Assembly (NCBI GenBank): GCA_050290185.1
Contig: JBNKHE010000004.1
Span: forward strand, 224,001-288,000
Direction of reading: 5' to 3'
Source: Pontiella sp.
GTDB lineage: Bacteria > Verrucomicrobiota > Kiritimatiellia > Kiritimatiellales > Pontiellaceae
Length of the DNA: 64,000 bases
This document shows, one piece after another, positions 55,865 through 64,000 of the stretch. The notes beneath the pieces are model-generated. The model ran no database searches and had not been told where the DNA came from. It saw only the letters and a list, made by a program, of their open reading frames with translations. The position numbers and the translations under genes are program-made. The first letter of the stretch is position 1. Every line of letters starts with the position of its first letter.

Positions 55865-57772
55865 TTAGTCCAGTTCCGCGAGCTCAGCGTTTGCCGAATC
55901 CTGCTTCTCTTGTTCTTTGCGGAGGATACGTTCCCGTTCCTCGATGCGCTGTTGCTCTTCGAGTTTCATCATCTTCAGCATGTCGTCAAGCTTGTCGTTT
56001 TCTTCCGACTCGTAATACTCGCGGCCATGTTCGCGAAGGATGCGGGAGTTGCGATCCTGAATAACCTGGCGACGAGCCAGCTCAGCATCGGACGGCATGC
56101 CGGTATCCGAATCAAGGTTCTGTGTATTCGCCAGTCCGACCGTAACGAAGATGATGGTCTCATCCTGTCCGCGTACAGTCTGCTCCCAAGAGAAAAGCCG
56201 TCCGAGCAATGGAATACTTCCCAGCAACGGAACCTTGTGTTCTTCTTCCGACTCGGTCACTTCCGTCAGACCGCCGATGGCCGCCGTCTGCCCGCTGGCC
56301 AGATTGAAAACGGTCTGAATACTTTTCTCGTCGATGATGGGATACGTATTGTCCCCGGCCTGTTTATCGGCAAACTTGCGGGTTAGCGAGGGCTGTATCC
56401 TCACCGTGATGTTGCTCGACGTGTTGATCGAAGGGACCACATCCAGCTTGATGCCGTATTCGAAGAAAGGCTCTTTCTCGTCTAGGGTGAAGGTGATGGT
56501 ATCCGGCGTATCGTTCAGCGCCTGCTGACGTTCCTGCCTCAAGTTCGGCTCCTTACGGATGATCGAAATGTTGGCCGGTTCTTCATTGGCCACGATAATT
56601 TTCGGATTCGATACAATATTCACGCCTTTGTTTTGCTCCAGAGCGCTAAGTATCATTCGGAATTCGTCGGCACTCAGGACACTGGTAAACACCTCTTCCC
56701 GGCCCTTGACCGAGACATCCTGCAACGCAGGCGTCACGCCTTCGAGGGTAAAGATGCCGGATCCGGGATTACGCTGCCCCCCATTCGCATAGCCACCGGC
56801 ATCCTCATAGGCATTTCCAGCGACGTCGCGGAACGTGTTTGCCGTAGTGGAATCCGTTTTAGTGCGACTAAAGCTTTTCGTGGTGGCACCCGAGGAACCG
56901 AGGCCATAGCCCTGCAGAACGGACCAGTCGACGCCAAGATCCTTCTGCGCGTCGTCGGTCAGCTCCATGAACTTGGATTCAATGTAGACCTGCTGGCGAA
57001 CCGTATCAATGGAGGAAAGTACTTCGCGAACCTCGCCTAGGCTGGACTCGGTACTCTTCACCACCAGCATGTTGCGGGAGGCAAACTCGGAGATCGTGGC
57101 GTTTTTGGGCAAGAGCTGCCGGATGAGTTCGGCGACGTTGGGAACCGTGGCATATTTCAGGATAAACGTTTCAACAACCTGCGGCTCCGGCGCACCGGCC
57201 GGGCGGCGGCGGACGCTGTAGACATTAGATCCGGCAACGCGCTGGTAGAGTTCATAGTCGTACGTATCGAGGATCGACTGGAGAGCCGGGCGCCATTCAA
57301 CATCCTTGAGATTTACTGAAATCTGGGAAGCTTCGGTGAGCTCGGGCACGATAATGTTTGCGCCGGAAAGCTGGGCGAAGAGGGTGATGGCTTCATCAAG
57401 TCCCACCTTATTCAGGCGAACGGAAATCAGGTTTTCCGTGGTCATGCCCATGCTGTTTTCAGAGTCGCTCGACATACTGAGGTTGTCCACCTGATCCGCG
57501 TCCTCCGGGTCGCTCGCATCGGAGTCATCCATAACCACATCGACCTCTTCGGCGCCCTCCTCGGCAACAACTGTTGCCTCTTCCGCCTGGCTTGAAGGTG
57601 TGGTGTCGGCAGGCGCAGCCTCTGCCGATTCAGCGGGTTGCTGATTCAACTTATTCAACAGGTTCAGCAGATCCTGGTCCTCAACCTTCTCTTGCTGTGC
57701 CTGAACCATCGTCACTGCCAGTACAACGACTGCAGTTGCGACCCAAAATCTGGCTATTGTGCATGTTCTCAT
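55865..57772 (-). CDS. Secretin (PilQ/GspD family)
   Basis: LKDVEWR.AL, QVYIESKFME..LGVDW, SNPKI..NEEPA, KVPLLGSIPLLGRLF. Confidence 0.9.
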   Translation of the reverse strand: MRTCTIARFWVATAVVVLAVTMVQAQQEKVEDQDLLNLLNKLNQQPAESAEAAPADTTPSSQAEEATVVAEEGAEEVDVVMDDSDASDPEDADQVDNLSMSSDSENSMGMTTENLISVRLNKVGLDEAITLFAQLSGANIIVPELTEASQISVNLKDVEWRPALQSILDTYDYELYQRVAGSNVYSVRRRPAGAPEPQVVETFILKYATVPNVAELIRQLLPKNATISEFASRNMLVVKSTESSLGEVREVLSSIDTVRQQVYIESKFMELTDDAQKDLGVDWSVLQGYGLGSSGATTKSFSRTKTDSTTANTFRDVAGNAYEDAGGYANGGQRNPGSGIFTLEGVTPALQDVSVKGREEVFTSVLSADEFRMILSALEQNKGVNIVSNPKIIVANEEPANISIIRKEPNLRQERQQALNDTPDTITFTLDEKEPFFEYGIKLDVVPSINTSSNITVRIQPSLTRKFADKQAGDNTYPIIDEKSIQTVFNLASGQTAAIGGLTEVTESEEEHKVPLLGSIPLLGRLFSWEQTVRGQDETIIFVTVGLANTQNLDSDTGMPSDAELARRQVIQDRNSRILREHGREYYESEENDKLDDMLKMMKLEEQQRIEERERILRKEQEKQDSANAELAELD

Positions 57773-57806
57773 CGTATTGCCTTCCTGTTTACCTCTGAAT
57801 TAAAAT

Positions 57807-58235
57807 CTAACGTACCGACACTCGGCGCAACTTTACGGATCCCGGGGGTTCGATGGAATCAACCGCCCATGTATAGACGGAGCCATCGAGGCGAACTGAA
57901 ACCGTATCTCCCACACTCTTCAACTCACCGTTGATCACCGCGTAGTACTCGCTCTCTGCGCTACTGCTTACCCCATTGATAACGACGTTTTTCATAGCTT
58001 TCTGCCAACTGCCGCCGGTTGACGCCACGGAGCTCTCCTCCGATGAGTTCTGCGTACTTATCGGCATGTAGCCTACCGGCCAGAACGGATCGCGTTTTAC
58101 AGCGGCATGGCCCTTTTTAGCATTATTAGTGCCAGTTTTTACATCGGTGCCTTCCCCGGAATATGCGATGCATGCAGCAAACGTGGTCAGAACTAAAAGT
58201 ATACAGCGGTTCTTCATTACAGTGTGGCATTTCAT
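57807..58235 (-). CDS. Small exported protein in the PilP position
   Basis: RDPFWP, AVINGE..VGD; lies between pilO-like and secretin genes. Confidence 0.6.
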   Translation of the reverse strand: MKCHTVMKNRCILLVLTTFAACIAYSGEGTDVKTGTNNAKKGHAAVKRDPFWPVGYMPISTQNSSEESSVASTGGSWQKAMKNVVINGVSSSAESEYYAVINGELKSVGDTVSVRLDGSVYTWAVDSIEPPGSVKLRRVSVR

Positions 58236-59707
58236 GGTTGATCTCCAATTAAGCTGTCCAACAAGGAATTAAGAGATTCATTATTCTCAGTATTGCTTTG
58301 ATCCATCAGAAGTGATTCGAGCTTTTCAGCACTTTTCCTGGTCGTGATGTAGTTGGAGTCCGTTGCGTCCGATGTACCGGATGGGCCGAGGTCCGGCTCG
58401 GGCTTCTCTTCACTTACGGTTTCCGGTTCAGCAACCTGGTCCGCGACAGGTTCCGTATCATTTAAAACAACCGGTTCATCGGTGGCATCCGGACCGGAAC
58501 CTGATTGCAGATTTTCCAACAAGGAGTCGATCGCATCACCAGGTTCTTCCGGTTCAATGTTTTCTACTCCTGCTGAAGGCTCTTCAGGCTCAGGCACCAC
58601 GTGTCCCTCAACATCCGGGGTTACAGTTTCCAGCACCGATTCCGGTTCGGCCAACTCGAGTGCTGCTGGAGTCTTTTCGATGGTTTCGGGCTCGGGTTCC
58701 GGCTCGATTGCTACTGCCTGTTCCGGCTCGGAAACCTGTACTTCCGGCTGGGGCTCCGGCTCTGGAGGTGTCGGTTCAAGATCAGGTTCCGTTGTTGGTT
58801 CAAGCGTCACTTCCGGTTCGGGTTGCGGCTCGATCGGTTCGATCTGCTTGGGCTCGGGCTTCGGCATAACACGCGGTTCGGGCGGTGTAGGTTCGGATTT
58901 GGGTCCTGGCTCAACCTTCACTACCGACTCAGGCCGGACGGAAGGTGGCGTCGTTGCGGATTTCGGAACTGTGCGTGGCGCGGGCGGTGTGGGCTCAGAC
59001 TTGAGTTCGGGTTGGGGCTGGGCACGCGCTGCGGCCTCGTTTGATGCTGCTTCCGCATTGAGCGCATTTTCCCGTTCCTGCAGCGCCAACTCCTGTTGCT
59101 TGGATTCAACGGAGTCCCAGCTCTCGGAAATTTTTCCAAGATTAAACGGCCATTGCAACCAAAGCTGAACACTATGCTTATCCCGCGATGCGCCGCTCGC
59201 CATATCCAGTCCGGCAAACCGAACCAACGGATAACTTTCCTTCATGCTTTTGATGAATGCTTTAACATTGTTGTATCCACCATGGGCACTAACACGCAAC
59301 GCATAGGATTCCAGTTTCAGCTCTTCGCCGGTCTCGTCTGGCGACTTGTTCTGGATGCTGGGGATTTCATCAATGGAATCAACTTCAAGCCCCGACATCC
59401 TGGCTTGCGAATAAACCACCTCGGTAGCCCATGAATAGTAGTTTCGTTCCGGCGGCGCATTTTTGATCTGTTCCTTCAGCTCCAGCATCGTCGCCTGGAA
59501 GTCGTCGCTCACCACGTTGCGTCTGGACAAGGTCCGATCGGCAGCATCAATCTTACCCTCCAACTCCGTCAGCTCCGCTTTGGCCTCCCTAACCGACGAA
59601 AGACTTAAGCGAATACCGATTACCACTACGATGAGCAGGATCACGGCCACAAGAGCGCCGAGCACCATATATTGTTTTTGCTCCTTGGTTAAGGTATTGA
59701 GGCTCAT
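58232..59707 (-). CDS. PilO/GspM-like protein with long Pro/Glu-rich C-terminal extension
   Basis: TM, coiled coil, A..SGL.V..I, GGYNNVKAFI..M; operon position. Confidence 0.7.
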   Translation of the reverse strand: MSLNTLTKEQKQYMVLGALVAVILLIVVVIGIRLSLSSVREAKAELTELEGKIDAADRTLSRRNVVSDDFQATMLELKEQIKNAPPERNYYSWATEVVYSQARMSGLEVDSIDEIPSIQNKSPDETGEELKLESYALRVSAHGGYNNVKAFIKSMKESYPLVRFAGLDMASGASRDKHSVQLWLQWPFNLGKISESWDSVESKQQELALQERENALNAEAASNEAAARAQPQPELKSEPTPPAPRTVPKSATTPPSVRPESVVKVEPGPKSEPTPPEPRVMPKPEPKQIEPIEPQPEPEVTLEPTTEPDLEPTPPEPEPQPEVQVSEPEQAVAIEPEPEPETIEKTPAALELAEPESVLETVTPDVEGHVVPEPEEPSAGVENIEPEEPGDAIDSLLENLQSGSGPDATDEPVVLNDTEPVADQVAEPETVSEEKPEPDLGPSGTSDATDSNYITTRKSAEKLESLLMDQSNTENNESLNSLLDSLIGDQP

Positions 59708-60330
59708 TTTGTGCCTCCTTCTTCGTTGGAGCCGATGATGCTGAATTCGCGCACGTTCAATCCTTCAGCGTTCTGCCGTTTACGCATATTGGTCAGCTCT
59801 ACGTCCTTGAATGCTGCACCAATGCCCGCGGAGGAAAGAAGATCCCGATGAAACTGCCATACATCATCCTCGGCCCGTTCGCCCTGGGAGATCCCTTCGA
59901 TCTGCAACTTGAAATTCAGCTGCATGTCCTCGGGAACTTCATAGACACCAGGGGTAACCGCTCCACGCAGCGCGAATCGAGTGAACTGAATATTCCGGGG
60001 AACGACTTCCTGAAGTTCATCCATCAGGTCGACCAGCGGCAGCTGGGAATCCCGCCAGCCTACAAACAGTGAGAGAACCTTCTGATTGGCCGCGAGGCTC
60101 CGGTTTTCTTCCTTGTACAAAGCAAGGGTGGGTTCAAGGTTCGTCCAGATTTCGCGGGTAGCTTTCAGATCAGCCTGAATTCCGTTGTACTGCACCAGTT
60201 TGATTCCGCTCAAAACGGCAATCAGAAGAATCGGCGTTACCACCACGCTGATCATCATGAACCGTCGGCTTACCGCACCTTGATAGCGTTGCTCGCTCTT
60301 CTTAAGCAGGTTGACTCGTGGGTAGCTCAT
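59704..60330 (-). CDS. pilN: PilN-like fimbrial assembly protein
   Basis: N-terminal RVNLL, TM, coiled coil, L..VVP.NI.F. Confidence 0.75.
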   Translation of the reverse strand: MSYPRVNLLKKSEQRYQGAVSRRFMMISVVVTPILLIAVLSGIKLVQYNGIQADLKATREIWTNLEPTLALYKEENRSLAANQKVLSLFVGWRDSQLPLVDLMDELQEVVPRNIQFTRFALRGAVTPGVYEVPEDMQLNFKLQIEGISQGERAEDDVWQFHRDLLSSAGIGAAFKDVELTNMRKRQNAEGLNVREFSIIGSNEEGGTK

Positions 60331-61340
60331 TGATCCTCCAACCCGCCAATAGCGACGCCAATGGCTGCCGAAAAACGCGTGGCCTGCTCTTCGATCTCGG
60401 GCGGGATAACATCATCGTCGTATTGGATGTTTTCAAACGGGCTCCATTTCACGACATCGGCATGCAGCATCTGCCCCATTTCAGTGGTCCAACTGGACAT
60501 AAGGCTGAGCCCGCCGGAAACGAAGATTTTGGTTACACGACAGTTCCGGTGCCGCTCAATGAAATCCTTCGAAATCGATATCTGTTTGGTCAAAGGCTCC
60601 AATACGCTGGCTAGCGATGATGAGATATTGATGGAGCGGTCGCTGAGAATCGACCGTGCCAGATCATCATCAACCCCCAGATCCGCAGCCAGCTTTTTAC
60701 GCAACTGGCTACTTCCAAAATCTACTTTTCCGACCAATACAACCACACCTTGGTTCAAGAACACAAAATTACTGGTGGATTCTCCGGCTTCGATCAGGCA
60801 GACCGCTTCGCCGGCACATTCCTCCCCTCGTGCATGAAGAAAAGCCGATATGACTGCGAGGCCGGATACTTCGAGAGAGGCGGGTGCGGGAGGCCCTGCA
60901 GGGAACATGTTCAGCATGAAACCCACATCATCCTGAGGAATGGCCGCGGCAAGGAAGCTAGAATCCTGCCGGCCTTTGCCTTGATTAATCAGTCTGGCAG
61001 ACGGCCGGTAGTCATCTGTCACATTGAGCAACTCGCGGATCTTGGAATCGGACAAGACAGAGTTGCCCTCCTGCAAAGGCGTATTCACCATGCGGATCAC
61101 GGCCTCGGGGCACGTGTAGCATAGACAGCTGTAGTACGACAGCATGTTGCGTGGCAGTTCGATTCTGGTGGATGCAGAATGGAAGTCCACTGGAGGCAGC
61201 AGGTCGATGCCCGATAACGAAACGTTATCGCCCGATTGTTTAAGCCGCACTACCTTGGTTGCCGTTGTGGAAAAATCGATTCCGACCAGATCGCTATGAT
61301 GGCGTTGAGCTTGTTTTTTCGAGAATGTTTTCTTAATCAT
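60327..61340 (-). CDS. pilM: PilM-like actin-fold pilus assembly protein
   Basis: VGIDFSTTATKVV, IFVSGG, PF..I, FSAAIGVA. Confidence 0.85.
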   Translation of the reverse strand: MIKKTFSKKQAQRHHSDLVGIDFSTTATKVVRLKQSGDNVSLSGIDLLPPVDFHSASTRIELPRNMLSYYSCLCYTCPEAVIRMVNTPLQEGNSVLSDSKIRELLNVTDDYRPSARLINQGKGRQDSSFLAAAIPQDDVGFMLNMFPAGPPAPASLEVSGLAVISAFLHARGEECAGEAVCLIEAGESTSNFVFLNQGVVVLVGKVDFGSSQLRKKLAADLGVDDDLARSILSDRSINISSSLASVLEPLTKQISISKDFIERHRNCRVTKIFVSGGLSLMSSWTTEMGQMLHADVVKWSPFENIQYDDDVIPPEIEEQATRFSAAIGVAIGGLEDQ

Positions 61341-61419
61341 TTTTCCCTTATGCTCTTATCTCAATACGGTTTCCCCTCTCCCTAGAGAACCCGCATATTT
61401 GCTGTGCGCAAACCAGTAA

Positions 61420-61436
61420 AGCAGTATCCATACCAT
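61420..61436 (-). promoter_or_regulatory. Sigma-54-like promoter for the pilM operon
   Basis: Minus strand ATGGTATGGATACTGCT: GG-N10-GC. Confidence 0.5.
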
Positions 61437-61534
61437 GATGATCCGACAATTTCCCTCTTGCTAAAAACCAGCTCGGTATCAATGATGTACACCATAAGGT
61501 TTTTCATTAGACCCCGAATTAGCAGGAGTGATGT

Positions 61535-62062
61535 GTGAGCGAAGTGAGTGACAGCAACCTGATGCCCAGCGGGGATTTGACGGAAGAAGAAGAGGTGCAC
61601 GCTCAGTGGACCATGTTGCTGACCATACTGTTGCTGATTGCCGGCTTCCTGTTTGCCAGCACCCTGCTCATGCACCAGGTTGTTCAAGCCCGATCCCCGG
61701 AGGATAAACCGATCTTTCAACTGTTTTCCCTGATTGAGAAGGGCAAGTCATTCGCAGCGCGCGCGCCCGCCCGGGAAACGCCCTCCGAGGAAATCAGGGA
61801 AACGCAATCCTCCCCGCTTGAAGGAATAAAGAAAATCGTCATCAGTCAGGTCTCCTCAGAAAAAGTAAGGTGGCCCCGGCTTAGAATGACAGGGTTCGGC
61901 AAAGCAGCAGACGGTTCCGAAGGATTTGCCATTATCAATGGAGAGCTTGTCCATCCCGGAGAACTTGCCGGAAAAGTCACGCTCGTGGAAGTACGCGCCC
62001 ACGATGTAGTCGTTGAATACAAAGGAGAGCGCAAGAACCTTACGGTTGAACTGAAGGATTAG
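61535..62062 (+). CDS. Membrane-anchored hypothetical protein, similar at the C-terminus to 57807-58235
   Basis: AGGAG RBS with GTG start; TM; FAIINGELVHPGE. Confidence 0.7.
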   Translation: MSEVSDSNLMPSGDLTEEEEVHAQWTMLLTILLLIAGFLFASTLLMHQVVQARSPEDKPIFQLFSLIEKGKSFAARAPARETPSEEIRETQSSPLEGIKKIVISQVSSEKVRWPRLRMTGFGKAADGSEGFAIINGELVHPGELAGKVTLVEVRAHDVVVEYKGERKNLTVELKD

Positions 62063-62903
62063 TCTTGGCCACCTGCGCGCGCAGTCGAGCGAGTGCCAGG
62101 TCGTAGTCTTCGGGCTCAACCAGATAGGTATGGCACCGGTGTCCACTCGCAGATTCCATCTTTTCCACCAAGGCATTGTTAAATGGATTTAATACGGCCA
62201 CCAGCAAGTCGGTTCCCAAAAATGCAAATGGCAAGGCGCCATCGTGCGCGGCAAACTCCAGCGGCAATGCTTGGGCAACCTCTTCCGATATTTCGTAACA
62301 TGACAGAATGATGCCCGGCACCCCCGAACGGGAGGACAAATAGTTCATGATCCGGTTCATTTGTGTAAATCCACGGTCATTTAAAACATGCAGTACGCTG
62401 ACGGGGACATCCAATTCCTTGGACGACACCTCGGTCAGATCGTGCAACACGCTGGAATACTCTTCCTGAGACAACTGGTTTTCCTCGTACAACCGCCAGG
62501 CGAGCGCCAACTCCTCGCTGATATCGACTTCTTTCTTTCTGGAGCTGCTGAAATCCTGCGTTGAACGGCGCTCCGGTTCGGCTGCATTTCCAGAGACCGG
62601 TTCAGAATCAGCCACCATGCGCAACCGCGCCTTTTGGGCAGCAACCTCTGATGGATATTCGGTTTCGTGCAGCGCCAGTTGATCACGAATAAAAGGAAGC
62701 AGGCTCTTTTCGTCGTTATTCACATAAACATCGATGATGCGGTTGAGGTATTCGACGGCCTTAGCGCTCTCCCCCACCTTATTATAGGCACTGTATAGGG
62801 CCTTCAACGCATCGCTGTCATTGGGCATCACTTCCAGAATCTGCTCCAGCATCGCAATGCTGTCGGCCAGGTTCTGATCAATTGTCTCTTTGGAATCTTC
62901 CAT
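62040..62903 (-). CDS. TPR protein with GspE/PilB N-terminal-like domain, no ATPase domain
   Basis: N-terminal TPR-like helices; C-terminal LPLEFA..ALPF..LLVAVLNPFN. Confidence 0.7.
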   Translation of the reverse strand: MEDSKETIDQNLADSIAMLEQILEVMPNDSDALKALYSAYNKVGESAKAVEYLNRIIDVYVNNDEKSLLPFIRDQLALHETEYPSEVAAQKARLRMVADSEPVSGNAAEPERRSTQDFSSSRKKEVDISEELALAWRLYEENQLSQEEYSSVLHDLTEVSSKELDVPVSVLHVLNDRGFTQMNRIMNYLSSRSGVPGIILSCYEISEEVAQALPLEFAAHDGALPFAFLGTDLLVAVLNPFNNALVEKMESASGHRCHTYLVEPEDYDLALARLRAQVAKTNPSVQP

Positions 62904-62940
62904 GCTCGTCTCCGGATTACTAAACAACAATCCCCCTCAA

Positions 62941-62957
62941 AGCATGAAGCAGGCCAT
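62941..62957 (-). promoter_or_regulatory. Sigma-54-like promoter for the 62903 gene
   Basis: Minus strand ATGGCCTGCTTCATGCT: GG-N10-GC. Confidence 0.45.
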
Positions 62958-63109
62958 AAACAATCCATTCACAGCATAGCCCACTTTTTTATTATTGATA
63001 ACTCCAACTCCATCCGAAAGCATCCCTCGCCTCACCCACGGAACACTTCTTCATGCAAAAAGCCAATGCAAGCGAATCCAATGCCACGGTTATGCACGTG
63101 CAGCCATGT

Positions 63110-63126
63110 TAGGCATGGGTTGTGCT
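63110..63126 (+). promoter_or_regulatory. Sigma-54-like promoter for pilB/gspE
   Basis: TAGGCATGGGTTGTGCT: GG-N10-GC, 40 bp before ATG. Confidence 0.55.
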
Positions 63127-63165
63127 TATTGAGTGCTGGTTAAATGAATCGGAAATGAAAATAAG

Positions 63166-64000
63166 ATGAGCACAACACGAAAAAGCCTGATGGATTGCCT
63201 TAAGCAGATCCGCCCCATTGAAGCGGAGATCTTCGAGGAGGCGGAAAAAGAAGCGGAATCCACCCAAAAGCCGCTGGAGCAGCTGCTGATGGAGCAGGGT
63301 GTGGTTTCCGACGTCGACCTGGTGCTGGCCACTGCGGACTATCTCGACATCCGTCCCATTTCACTGGCTTCATTCACGCCGGAACCCACGCTGGTGGAGT
63401 TGATGACGAAAGAAAAGTGGCAGGAACTCAAGGCGCTGCCGATCTGCAAGATGGGATCGCAAATCACGGTCGCCATGGCCGACCCCTTTAATATTGTCGG
63501 GCGTGAGACGATTACATCCAGCACCCAACTGGAACTGGTACCGGTCGTGGCGTTGGAACAGGAAATTGACGAGGCCACCGCATCCCTGACTTCCGAGCCA
63601 TCGCAGGCACTGGAAGATCTTCTCAAGGACATGGCCGATGAGAACGATGTCGAGATCGACCAGGATAGCCTCGACGAAGCCGGTCTGGATGAAGTCCTCG
63701 AAAACGCCGGAGAAGCCCCGGTGATCCGAATCACCAACTCCATTTTGATCGAAGCGCTTCGCAAACATGCGTCGGACATCCACATCGAACCGATGGAAAA
63801 AACCGTTCGGTTGCGAAACCGTATTGACGGCGTGCTCTACGAATCCCCCAGCCCGCCGAAAAACCTCCAGAATGCCATCATCTCACGTTTGAAAATCATG
63901 TCGCACCTCGATATTGCTGAGCGGCGTATTCCCCAGGACGGCCGTTTCAAGATCAAGGCCCTGGGCAAGGAAGTGGATGTGCGCGTCAGCATGCTTCCCA
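63166..64000 (+). CDS. PilB/GspE family ATPase; 3' end runs off the window
   Basis: Not in the ORF track; hand translation: VAMADP, EAPVIR..ASDIHIEP..RIDGVL..SRLKIMSHLDIAERRIPQDGR. Confidence 0.92.
   Translation, partial: MSTTRKSLMDCLKQIRPIEAEIFEEAEKEAESTQKPLEQLLMEQGVVSDVDLVLATADYLDIRPISLASFTPEPTLVELMTKEKWQELKALPICKMGSQITVAMADPFNIVGRETITSSTQLELVPVVALEQEIDEATASLTSEPSQALEDLLKDMADENDVEIDQDSLDEAGLDEVLENAGEAPVIRITNSILIEALRKHASDIHIEPMEKTVRLRNRIDGVLYESPSPPKNLQNAIISRLKIMSHLDIAERRIPQDGRFKIKALGKEVDVRVSMLP

Noticed and set aside
1..64000. tRNA, rRNA or known riboswitch
   Set aside because: None recognised by eye; a tRNAscan-SE or Rfam run is needed to exclude them.

Overview
Bacterial chromosomal window. 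The PEP-CTERM and SHD1-like proteins, the kinase-linked ECF sigma factor and the Verrucomicrobia-type C-terminal domains suggest a PVC-superphylum organism, possibly Kiritimatiellota/Pontiella-like; this is inference. Left to right: a partial NfnA-type oxidoreductase; a xylan-utilisation locus (GH115, EamA, GH10, GPH/MFS symporter, GH43, XylR); coaX-nadC-AI-2E; a double DUF3857/transglutaminase protein, a glutamine amidotransferase and an AEC transporter. Next is an AT-rich ~15-kb integron-type cassette array (19.2-34.5 kb) with about 20 co-oriented genes separated by 20 recognisable attC sites of 64-233 bp and no integrase in the window (CALIN-like). Then fetAB-like ABC genes, NAD kinase, a small subtilase, a CDF transporter, a large aromatic-repeat lipoprotein and pyrK-pyrD. 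A Ser/Thr kinase + ECF sigma pair is flanked on both sides by two paralogous, structured ~110-nt candidate sRNA genes, each with its own ECF-type promoter and terminator; this is the best candidate for an undescribed system. The right end holds a pilMNO(P)Q-like operon followed by a 1.9-kaa multidomain subtilase and a partial PilB/GspE ATPase, with three sigma-54-like promoters. All calls are by eye from motifs; no database searches were run.
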